Virus record (IMG/VR): IMGVR_UViG_3300020447_000005
Strand: one strand, 5' to 3'
Origin: an uncultured virus (IMG/VR IMGVR_UViG_3300020447_000005)
Lineage: Duplodnaviria; Heunggongvirae; Uroviricota; Caudoviricetes
DNA length: 64,000 nucleotides
Below are positions 57,601-64,000 of this stretch, piece after piece. The position numbers and the translations under genes are program-made. Within the stretch, counting starts at the first letter, position 1. Each line of letters begins with the position of its first letter. Below the pieces are notes generated by a model. That model had not been told where the DNA came from. It worked only from the letters and a program-made list of their open reading frames with translations, and did not search any database.

Positions 57601-57878
57601 TTTTCGGTGGTTGTTACTGAACTGTAAGCACCACTAGTCGTGGACCACGAACCGTTGTGTTCATGACCCGGCGCAGCGTAGATTTTTATCCGTCCCGCTT
57701 CGGACGACGGTTCCTCGGCCCACGCGCCTTTGGAGAATAAACCCAAGTTTGTCCCGCTATAGCACACCGCGTGCCACGGGTCGGCGTTGGTGGATGAAAT
57801 TGCCGCCCCGTTTTCAAACCCCTCTAGGTCTGTGTAGTCGCCACCATCCGCTTTAATGTGTTTTAACTGAATCGTCAT
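51603..57878 (-). CDS. 2091-aa repeat protein: beta-helix + 6 Ser/Thr-rich Ig-like repeats + 5 LamG/ConA-like domains (fibre/adhesin)
   Basis: Six ITVTxPxGGExW...ITW...YKIRITS...DESDANF units and five VTSGLVV.LD.A...SY...FDG.DDY...YDRALT..E units. Confidence 0.85.
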   Translation of the reverse strand: MTIQLKHIKADGGDYTDLEGFENGAAISSTNADPWHAVCYSGTNLGLFSKGAWAEEPSSEAGRIKIYAAPGHEHNGSWSTTSGAYSSVTTTENIKIYGYRADYFTFEGILCLTSKNNKGCILHGGAASSMKLEFKRLWLKKTHVTPTAGNVYFSTNASSADDTDVTFENCVIWRGTTGIYLSSASYSPDSNYTVRNCTIYGMTTRGLHASFTWGSQVDTLVAQNIVAGESGSTDFLIGGGDSITVGNNISTDATADDDGGTGNQINVAEADIWADAPNGDFRLPADSLARSTGLAIAAVTSDIVGTDIPQGANYNVGAYAFLVRVVGGMGKIVRSPAGLVSYNPSRLVTGQAEPTPEPSITVTSPNGSENWYKGSSHWVTWSSKNIEPAGNVKIELYKAGSLYSVIDAGEGNDGSYLWSIGMGLESAADYKIRITCLEDERVYDESDANFTLGFQPSITVAAPNGGEDWTTGTTQSITWSSTNVTGNVKIELYKGGSLDSTLTSDTANDDSYSWAISSGLTAGADYKIRITSLADASVSDESNIAFTLSEPSTITVTSPDGGEDWTTGTTQSITWSSVNLTGNVKIQLYKGGSLDFTLTSDTANTGTYSWAIASGLAGATDYKIRITSLADGTVYDESDANFTLTEPASITVTSPDGGEDWAAGTTHNITWTSVNVTGALRIYVYKGGSYDSTLSNATANDNIFSWAISSSLAAGTDYKIRIESIDDNSVYDESDANFTVSEPASITVTAPDGGEDWTTGTTQSITWSSINVTGNVKIELYKDSSLDSTLTSDTANNNSYSWAISSSLAAGTDYKVRITSLVDTSVYDESDATFTVTAGGSYSPPAVTSGLVVQIDAADPDSYDSSAPTVWTNAIDDVDGELLDGTTAGGAIFDTAGGGSLQFDGVDDSYKLVRDNSDLDSGFTVVYWVRPQEIVTGNNSYGNMFNFGHDFQLGWIISNNKLMAYGFGTSGYSTYTGGQYTYLNDWSMIAWVNQNDGVMDGFVNNIKATSPPSDFDIDTAPPDDFRLVGLGTYYGPGYNIEVTVAQSLVYDRALTDTEIGQLWAGDKARFNLAYEAPAVTSGLVVLLDAANSASYDVADPTVWTNTIDSVEGDLENGPAFDIEKAGNISFDGTDDYFKIVRDNSDLDSGFTISLWYYTKSLPVATAYFFAFGDGTAAYTGNDLNLAHQQNGQFKAWGFGSANSLWSTNSSVDNQTWCFLTFVNQNDGTIDLFVDGVKDTGPPGVFHVDTAPNDDMYLASLGGGSLEHMCKIAQTLVYDRSITDAEVTSLWEAGQERFGRLPSFTITNPAGGEAFTVGTTQDITWTSISIVGNVKIELYKGSSLDTTLSSSESNTGTYSWDVSCDITSATDYKIRITSVSAQGGQPGTVYGESKANFELIQVACYESPAVTSGLVVLLDPANSDSYDSSAPTVWTNTIDDTDASLVDGAAFDFESIGCISFDGVSDYANFPRDNSDLDSGWTMVFWYKPLERAPTGESYAYVQTTGNAGGTRLTLGHVASYDQLVSNGYGPAGFQEWSDLKLIIGDWHMVAFVNQNDGTIDGFLNNLKDSSPPTGFDTDTAPLDNLYYSCLTNEDNTPMWVGAFLESKIATVLIYDRALTDTEVGQLWAGDKARFNLAYLAPAVTSGLVVSLDVANPASYDVADPTVWTNVIDSVEASLINGPAFDIEKGGCLQFDGTNDYASLARDNSDLTDGFTVVMWVKLGELSGSGQSDQGWLMNFGTYSPEFGVTPSRCAGSLSGLVSYGFGKAWGDWCDTRVATDTWYQFVWRNNDDGDIDAWVDGVKDSTAESGFSTGAPGDNFYFASQGSGGGNPLETQIAQVLVYDRALTDTEVGELYDGDKLRFGHGYQEPVVTSGMVAKLDAADPNSYNINTPTVWTNTVDGTEASLINGPAFDPENLGSLVLDGSNDYVELDRDNSALVDGFTVVMWIKPTTLVNGPNWFASFESYALSFIIQNTVGNTAASGFQSFGYPSGYGTFYDGTTKFAADEWRQLVLVNRNDGTMDCYVNNDKDTGAKTDYSEDTAPTDALWIGTYNTYTFFEMNIAQLLMYDRPLTDAEVEDLYNGDKRRFGL

Positions 57879-58315
57879 CGGGGTGTCTCCCGCAAGTCCG
57901 CTTTCAATTTCACGATACCGCCTGCTCGCAGGACATCAGTTTTCTTGTTGATGTCCAGCGTGTCGAAGCGTTCGGCACGGTCCAGATCGTTTACGTCTAA
58001 CTGCATTGTTGACCTCTCGATCATGGCTTCGTGACCGTTCTCGTCTGGCGGTCCCATCACAGCAAACGGACGCGACCGCATCGGGAACGGTTCACCAGCA
58101 TCACGTTCGGCCATCATCTCATCGTGTATCGCCACAATTGTCTCTGCGAACGGCAGGGAATAATCGTCTGAATTAATTTCAACAATTCTGTCTTCGGTCA
58201 TAGTAGTGTCAGACCATGGACCGCCGGGTAGCTTAACCGACAAGACATCGTTTGCTTTGCGCAAACCAAGCTCGCCCCTTAACTGTAGTGCGATATGTGC
58301 TTCGATTATCGCCAT
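57875..58315 (-). CDS. Hypothetical protein
   Basis: GAGGG SD before MAIIEA. Coupled to the fibre gene (ATGA). Confidence 0.55.
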   Translation of the reverse strand: MAIIEAHIALQLRGELGLRKANDVLSVKLPGGPWSDTTMTEDRIVEINSDDYSLPFAETIVAIHDEMMAERDAGEPFPMRSRPFAVMGPPDENGHEAMIERSTMQLDVNDLDRAERFDTLDINKKTDVLRAGGIVKLKADLRETPR

Positions 58316-58369
58316 ACCTATTCCCTCACTGTAAAATAAACCACTTTGCCCCAACCATTCTACACAGAA

Positions 58370-58519
58370 CTATTCTTTTCGTATAACGCAATTAGTGACC
58401 ACCACAACTACGGGAACTAAGACCACAGTATTCGATTCAGACTCTCCGAACGCCTCTTTCAGCGCTTCACCAGACTTTACTATCGCTGCATGAATCTGCT
58501 CCTTCAGCTCTTCCTCCAT
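58370..58519 (-). CDS. 49-aa hypothetical protein (not in the ORF track)
   Basis: AGGAG SD. MEEELKEQIHAAIVKSGEALKEAFGE... Confidence 0.4.
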   Translation of the reverse strand: MEEELKEQIHAAIVKSGEALKEAFGESESNTVVLVPVVVVVTNCVIRKE

Positions 58520-58528
58520 TATTATCTC

Positions 58529-58852
58529 CTAGCCAAAAAATAAATAGTAAAGAAGCCAAAGCTGAAAAGCCGCTACCCCTCCCACTGCCATAACACCAAC
58601 TCTCGGGTTACGGCGATAGACTATGCGACCAATTACCACCACCAAAAACGTTGAAACAACTTTGACCCCACAAAGAAACGCTACACCACTTGCTGTTATC
58701 GAGTTACCCACTTCGACAACGTAAGCAGCTATGGGGTTTTCTTCGTGCTCTAAAAGTATTTCCTCCAGCGAAATAGACCAAAAAATGTCTACTGCCGCTA
58801 CCAGAACAATGAGCACTAAACAACAATCAACGAACAATCTAGCTACTGCCAT
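58529..58852 (-). CDS. Small membrane protein with an E.NP motif (DUF5658-like)
   Basis: Three hydrophobic helices, D.....EENP.A and a conserved-looking K. AAGGAGG SD. Confidence 0.6.
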   Translation of the reverse strand: MAVARLFVDCCLVLIVLVAAVDIFWSISLEEILLEHEENPIAAYVVEVGNSITASGVAFLCGVKVVSTFLVVVIGRIVYRRNPRVGVMAVGGVAAFQLWLLYYLFFG

Positions 58853-58934
58853 ACGGCCCTCCTTGGCACAAACAGGCATAAATTACGCGGGAATTGTTAC
58901 TCGCACTGGCTACTCCCTCCTGCTATGTAAACTC

Positions 58935-58950
58935 TAAATAGTACTATTTA
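58935..58950. promoter_or_regulatory. Perfectly palindromic 16-bp TAAATAGTACTATTTA element
   Basis: Intergenic, same format as the other four copies. Confidence 0.55.
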
Positions 58951-58961
58951 ACCCGCAGCCA

Positions 58962-61334
58962 CTACTCTCCTAACTTGTCTAAAGCAAATTTCAGATTCGA
59001 AGATATCCTACCTTGCTCACTAACAGGCAACGCTTTATTAGCCAGCAGCGAAGAACATAAATCCTTACTTTCTGAATAATGGCCCACATAATAAGCACAA
59101 ATCGATAACTCGTCTTGTATCCTCCACGTAGTTATCGCAGTGTTAACAAACAAATTATCTTCGGCAGGGGCTGGTTTATCGATTAATGTCTTAGCCCACG
59201 CATATCCAGAATGGAACTTGTCGCTTTCTCGGCACGCTTTAATTATTGCAAATGGAGCTTCAAATCGTTGGGGCCTGTACTCATAAGCTTCAATTAATAA
59301 CCCAAACGGTACTTCACCTTTAACTACCCCGTAACATTCAGCTTTTCTCAAGAGAGATATATACACCTCTTCACCCCAGCCACCCGCTTTAACTCGCTTA
59401 CTGAACCACTCTATAGCCTGAGAGTAGTCACCAACCGTATGATAAGCCTGCGCTAAATAAAACATGTATCTTACATTATCTGGCTCTTCCTCAAGAGCTT
59501 TTCGCATCAACGCGATGTCTCTTTTCATTTTTGCTTCTGTACCGTCTTTGTTGCGGTCACCTGCAAAAGTTGGCTTAACACAATAATTCCCCTCAATCCG
59601 CTCATGTGTTACCGCTTCATCGCAAGTCGCGTACTCATGTAAAACACCCTCGTACCTCCAGTCCAAACTATTGTTAAACAACTGAGGACGCCACCAACCC
59701 TCCCCTCCCGATAAAGCACTGTTGTAAAACAAATTGTACATGTCCTTCGTTAAACGGTCAGGAAGAACTAAATCACCGCAAATTTCATCGTCTGCATCGA
59801 TCACCCAAGTGTAATCCCCTTTACCTTTCGCAAGTTTACAGGCCTCAGTGCGATTCCACCCGAAATTCTTCCATGGCACATCGTGAATTTCGCCGGGGAT
59901 ACCGTGGCAATCAAAAAATTCTTTTATTACGTCCTGTGTATGATCTGTGGAACCCGTATCAACTATAACGTAATAATCTATGTACTTATAGATAGTGTTT
60001 AGAGAGGTATGAATACAATGCGCTTCATCTTTTACAATCATGTTTAGTGTAATACTCTGGTTATCTGCTCCTTTTCGCTCGCTGATATTCTTTACGACAT
60101 CAACCTCGCTGATATTCTTTACGACATCAACCTCGCTGATATTCTTTACGACATCAACCTTGTCTGCCTTGTCAGAGTATTTTGTTATGACCCCTAAAAG
60201 AAACGTACCATTCTCTCTCTCATCGTCGCCTTCATGAAAATCTACCTCCATTAAAGTGCCGCCCCATTTTTTTGCGCACTGCCCAATGAGTTCAGACTCA
60301 TTGCGATACCCTAATTCACCCGCAATAATAATAGTTCCTTCCCAGGCACTGTTAGAATAAATTCTTTTGACTAAAGGTTCGTGGTCCGCAGGGTTATTGG
60401 GCCAACAGTAATAAACTTCCGCCTCAGGCAGGTCGATATCATCACTGAAGTAATTTCCGCTAACTACATCTAACCCTCGCTTCTCCGCGTGTTGTCTTCG
60501 CTCGCCCTTAACCTCCAATCCGATTACCTTCTTAGCAAACCGACTCATAAAAACCATGTTGTCGCCTTCGGCGCACCCTAATTCACAAACAAGCTTACCC
60601 TTTATAATCGGGGCTATTGCCTCAGAAACAGCCATTGGTGATCTGTACGGGCATTTAGAGACTGGAGTCATATCCACTACAAAACGCTCCCTATATAAAG
60701 TATCATCTATAAGCTCCGAACAATCTCTATACTCGAGATCGCAAAAATCGGATACCTCTCGCAAAACCGACGAACAATCGTCTAATACACGGTTATACTT
60801 CACCATAAGCATTTCTCCTGCAACAAACTGCTTATGAGACGCCTCGTAAAGCGTTCTTGCCACCTGCGGAGTTGCTCGTCGATGGGCTTTCACAAGAGAC
60901 TGGGTACACTCCTCTATTGCACGACTAGCAAACAGGATACGCAAATCAAGCTGCATACGATCTGCAATCTCTCGCAGAAAATCAACGAAAAACGTCAACC
61001 GAGGATCCTTTATCAACATAAGACTGTCATTGACAAATTCTGTTTTCAACAAATTTTCATATAGCGTTAGCTGTGCTTCAGTGTATTGCCCTACTTCACG
61101 CACAGAAAAAGGACGAACTCCGTTGGCAGCTAAGATGCGATTGTGAAACTTAGTAAAAGCGTCATTCTCCCAGTACCCACGAGGATTCTGCCAGTTTTTA
61201 TCCTTATTCTTTGTGCGCCCTATAGAGCAACCTAACCGCTCCAAGCACGAAGCTAAAAGCGACGTTCCACAACGATGCATACCAATGATAACAACCAACT
61301 TTTTCACACCAACAACCTGCAATTTTGCTGTCAA
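58962..61334 (-). CDS. Multidomain sulfotransferase + SAM methyltransferase + GT2 glycosyltransferase + TPR protein
   Basis: GMHRCGTS...KDPR (sulfotransferase); ELGCAEG (methyltransferase); LNMIVKDE...DTGSTD...IDAD...GVLHE (GT2); RYMFYLAQ (TPR). Start uncertain (TTG 61334 or GTG 61307). Confidence 0.85.
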   Translation of the reverse strand: MTAKLQVVGVKKLVVIIGMHRCGTSLLASCLERLGCSIGRTKNKDKNWQNPRGYWENDAFTKFHNRILAANGVRPFSVREVGQYTEAQLTLYENLLKTEFVNDSLMLIKDPRLTFFVDFLREIADRMQLDLRILFASRAIEECTQSLVKAHRRATPQVARTLYEASHKQFVAGEMLMVKYNRVLDDCSSVLREVSDFCDLEYRDCSELIDDTLYRERFVVDMTPVSKCPYRSPMAVSEAIAPIIKGKLVCELGCAEGDNMVFMSRFAKKVIGLEVKGERRQHAEKRGLDVVSGNYFSDDIDLPEAEVYYCWPNNPADHEPLVKRIYSNSAWEGTIIIAGELGYRNESELIGQCAKKWGGTLMEVDFHEGDDERENGTFLLGVITKYSDKADKVDVVKNISEVDVVKNISEVDVVKNISERKGADNQSITLNMIVKDEAHCIHTSLNTIYKYIDYYVIVDTGSTDHTQDVIKEFFDCHGIPGEIHDVPWKNFGWNRTEACKLAKGKGDYTWVIDADDEICGDLVLPDRLTKDMYNLFYNSALSGGEGWWRPQLFNNSLDWRYEGVLHEYATCDEAVTHERIEGNYCVKPTFAGDRNKDGTEAKMKRDIALMRKALEEEPDNVRYMFYLAQAYHTVGDYSQAIEWFSKRVKAGGWGEEVYISLLRKAECYGVVKGEVPFGLLIEAYEYRPQRFEAPFAIIKACRESDKFHSGYAWAKTLIDKPAPAEDNLFVNTAITTWRIQDELSICAYYVGHYSESKDLCSSLLANKALPVSEQGRISSNLKFALDKLGE
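60078..60160. repeat. Exact 27-bp tandem repeat x3 (VDVVKNISE) in an interdomain linker
   Basis: ctcgctgatattctttacgacatcaac repeated three times. Confidence 0.95.
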
Positions 61335-61339
61335 GCTAC

Positions 61340-61374
61340 AAAAAAAGAGCTGAGGACGTCTCCTCAGCTCTTTT
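61340..61374. terminator. Bidirectional intrinsic terminator
   Basis: AAAAGAGCTGAGGA-CGTC-TCCTCAGCTCTTTT. Confidence 0.85.
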
Positions 61375-61500
61375 ATTTACATCTTAAGCTCTGTATTGTC
61401 TACCAGCCGCAGAGCATATTCGGCGTGTATATTTACGGCAATACCTAGATTACCGGTTACGTACACTTTAGCACTAAAAATACGCAAAGTAAACGCCACC

Positions 61501-61755
61501 TCACTTGGGCCATTTTGGTATTGAAGGAGAACAACGACCTGTAAGAGCACACAATCGTTTTTTTAACGGTATGATCTTTTCCGCGTGACGTAAAATATCT
61601 TTTTGCTTCGCCTCCGCCCCTGGCAAAGCACTTATAAATCCAACGGCGCTGGAAGGAATGTAGTTAGTTCTCTGTATCACAACGATAGCGTTTTGATATC
61701 TACGAATGTAATACTCGATCTTTTCGATCTCACTCCACGCCCCTAGCCTTTTCAC
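61501..61755 (-). CDS. Hypothetical protein
   Basis: 84 aa, GTG start with AAGGAAGG upstream. Confidence 0.4.
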   Translation of the reverse strand: MKRLGAWSEIEKIEYYIRRYQNAIVVIQRTNYIPSSAVGFISALPGAEAKQKDILRHAEKIIPLKKRLCALTGRCSPSIPKWPK

Positions 61756-61852
61756 GATTTAAGAATTTCGCCTTCCTTGGCTAAACCCTAGCTTTTTTAT
61801 TTCTCTTGTTAGTTATCTACTAATAATTCAATTTATCCAAGCCGAATTTTTG

Positions 61853-62446
61853 CTAGTCTTTGTCTCCGCGTTCGTCCCTAAACTTTTTAAAGGCCTCGTC
61901 TAGCTCAAATCCCCCTCGTTGATACAAACGGGGGGGATAACTAAAACAAGATGCGACTTGTTCCTCGGATAATGTTCGTAATAGCTCTAAGCTACTGTAC
62001 ACAAACCCTGGAATAAGAAGAGCCACTCGACGATACAGATCAAGCGGTGTATCTCCTTCGATCACGGGATAAGTTACTTTGCTGATAATAGCACCAGCAT
62101 CAAACTCTTCCGTCATTCTATGGAACGTAATACCTTGCTCGCGATCGCCGTTGGCTAACGTGTGCGATAATATGCTAAGTCCGCCGTACTCAGGCAACAG
62201 CCCAGTATGCACATTATAAGCACGGTCGATATTTAACAATCTTCGATCATACTGCACCGATAGTTTAATATCGTGGTCGATGTCATTCAGAAAATCGTCT
62301 GGCAATCGAGGAAGCTGAATCTTGCCTGGAATCGTAGTCTTCTTAGCCGGAACATAACCCACAAGACAATACTCATGCCTTAATCGCTCCACCACCAACT
62401 CGGTTAAGTACGACGAACCCAAGATAATTATTTTATAGTCCGTCAT
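61853..62446 (-). CDS. Formyltransferase (Fmt-like N-domain; probable sugar N-formyltransferase)
   Basis: YNVHTGLLPEYGG and GITFHRMTEEFDAGAI. Confidence 0.85.
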   Translation of the reverse strand: MTDYKIIILGSSYLTELVVERLRHEYCLVGYVPAKKTTIPGKIQLPRLPDDFLNDIDHDIKLSVQYDRRLLNIDRAYNVHTGLLPEYGGLSILSHTLANGDREQGITFHRMTEEFDAGAIISKVTYPVIEGDTPLDLYRRVALLIPGFVYSSLELLRTLSEEQVASCFSYPPRLYQRGGFELDEAFKKFRDERGDKD

Positions 62447-63360
62447 CTTTGCGCTAAATATGATTCCGACTTTTTCTCTAAAAGATTTACCGTTGCATCG
62501 TAAACCATATCGACTGTTATACCAGCCATGCAGTCATGCCTTGGGTTTTCATAGGTCTGGTCAGGTGGATTTGGACATATACCTCCAGGCACGACTGAAA
62601 TACCTGGGTTTTCCCTAAAGCACGGCTGACAAGGCAACTGGAGGGAAATGTTTATATTATGGGAATAACCCAATGCGTCGTACTGAGTTGACCCCCAAAG
62701 TATAACGCCACTTTTCTTAGCCCCGCCGTCCCACCTAATATTAGTGGTGTGCTGTAGTAACGAGTCTACACCGAGATGCATCACGCTGTAAGCTTGAGCA
62801 GCTAAATTGTCCTCAAACGATCTACCACAAAAAGTTCCGTCAATGTTTGCCAGTGGCGGATCATACGGTCCACCAACCTGATAAACCCCCACCTCCGGTA
62901 TCTTGCGTCGCATTTTATTAATCAATTGCTGCCAGCCATGCCATTCCTTGTAAATAGACCAACCAGTTTTATTTTGAATAGTAACATACGGCGTACCACT
63001 AAAAGAAACATTAGTTTCTGGGGTAGAACACACAAGAGCATCAAATGAGGCCTCTACACCTATATCATCTGCAAAGAACTCAATAAGGTGTTTCCGCATC
63101 TTAACCTCAGGGTATCCCTCGTGAATTGGGTAACCCCGGCAATAAACAACTTTGTCGTAGTCGTCGGCTACGAAGTCCCCAGGCGTATGCATCCCGTCAA
63201 CCAACTTATTACTCAAAAGAAACTCACCTAAGGTATCCCACGTCTCTCGTTGAGTAATCAAGTAAATCTCGTCAAATTGCTCCCGCAACTTAGGTAAACA
63301 ATTAGCTAGCATTATAATGTCACCCAGGGCACCATCCCTTAAAAGTGCGATCCTACTCAT
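62443..63360 (-). CDS. GT9 (heptosyltransferase-like) glycosyltransferase
   Basis: RDGALGDII, GVDSLLQH and LPCQPC...CM. Confidence 0.85.
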   Translation of the reverse strand: MSRIALLRDGALGDIIMLANCLPKLREQFDEIYLITQRETWDTLGEFLLSNKLVDGMHTPGDFVADDYDKVVYCRGYPIHEGYPEVKMRKHLIEFFADDIGVEASFDALVCSTPETNVSFSGTPYVTIQNKTGWSIYKEWHGWQQLINKMRRKIPEVGVYQVGGPYDPPLANIDGTFCGRSFEDNLAAQAYSVMHLGVDSLLQHTTNIRWDGGAKKSGVILWGSTQYDALGYSHNINISLQLPCQPCFRENPGISVVPGGICPNPPDQTYENPRHDCMAGITVDMVYDATVNLLEKKSESYLAQR

Positions 63361-63372
63361 TTTTCTTCTCCC

Positions 63373-63999
63373 CTACCAACCGCTTTCGATGGTATCAACA
63401 ATGTACTGTCTCTCGTCCTCCCCTACCCACCAACCACACGGAATGTTAATCATGTCGGACATAACCTCGTCCGTACCGGGAAGAAGGGATTTGTACTTTG
63501 ACAAGCACGCATGCTTATCGTTCCGATCGTGTACTTGACTCGCCGCAATGCCAGCACCAGCTAGTTTCTTAATAAAGGCCTCTCTGTCTTGTACACGTAA
63601 TGTGTATATCCAGTACGACGGTTCTGCTGCCGTAGGTTTGTTCAGCAAAGTAATGCCGTCAATACCCTTTAGTGCCTCATCAAAGAAGTAACCATTTAAC
63701 CGATGTTTCTTAATAACGTCAGCAACAGTTTCAAAGTTGTATAAACCAATGGCAGCACTGATATCATTCATGTGAAACTTATAGCCCCAATCACTTACGT
63801 TCTGCTCGCATCGCATGTCTGGACCTCTGTCTCGGTCTAAACCAAACCACCGCAAAAGACGTGCTTTTTTGTGGTAGTCCTGCGTAGGAGAAATAAGCAA
63901 ACCACCATCACCCGTTGTGAAATGCTTGATAGCCTGAAAGCTATACATCACAAAGTTATTATGATTACCTAATAACTTACCATTCCACTTAGCTCCAAA
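63373..63999 (-). CDS. DegT/DnrJ/EryC1/StrS PLP-dependent sugar aminotransferase (5' end outside the window)
   Basis: SFQAIKHFTTGDGG and GYKFHMNDISAAIG. The frame stays open to the window edge. Confidence 0.9.
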   Translation of the reverse strand, partial: FGAKWNGKLLGNHNNFVMYSFQAIKHFTTGDGGLLISPTQDYHKKARLLRWFGLDRDRGPDMRCEQNVSDWGYKFHMNDISAAIGLYNFETVADVIKKHRLNGYFFDEALKGIDGITLLNKPTAAEPSYWIYTLRVQDREAFIKKLAGAGIAASQVHDRNDKHACLSKYKSLLPGTDEVMSDMINIPCGWWVGEDERQYIVDTIESGW

Positions 64000-64000
64000 A

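Noticed and set aside
60078..60160. CRISPR array (also considered for the 20221/20551 and 23608 repeats)
   Set aside because: The repeats are in-frame coding duplications without unique spacers, and no cas genes are present.
228..63538. Numerous plus-strand and nested short ORFs in the supplied track
   Set aside because: They are shadows of longer minus-strand genes, with no SD or motifs. Only csrA is credible on the plus strand.
1..64000. Stop-codon reassignment, as in some large phages
   Set aside because: Genes tile densely in the standard code, and TAA, TAG and TGA all end well-defined genes.

Overview
This window is best read as part of a large, jumbo-type tailed phage genome. Almost every gene is on the minus strand. 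The only convincing plus-strand gene is csrA. Positions 1-32.8 kb are a virion morphogenesis block: a probable tail sheath (cut by the window edge), neck and tail-completion candidates, major capsid protein, decoration and scaffold-like proteins, a prohead protease and many internal proteins punctuated by K-x-A motifs. Embedded in this block is a bacterial-type multisubunit RNA polymerase with an unusual architecture: beta is fused to the N-half of beta', the C-half of beta' is a separate gene, and neither chain contains a cysteine. Positions 33-38 kb hold a class II ribonucleotide reductase, a SET-domain protein, CsrA and a structured ncRNA candidate. Positions 39-64 kb are mostly a glycan-modification island (glycosyl-, sulfo-, formyl- and aminotransferases, RmlB, RmlC), plus a second ncRNA candidate with its own sigma70-type promoter and a 2091-aa Ig/LamG repeat protein. 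Two cis-regulatory patterns stand out. First, ribosome-binding sites of many genes sit in CsrA-type CANGGANG hairpin loops while the phage encodes its own CsrA. Second, a 16-bp TAAAT-N6-ATTTA element precedes a set of genes that mostly lack a Shine-Dalgarno sequence. A planctomycete host is suggested but not proven. All calls come from reading motifs by eye. No searches or folding programs were run.
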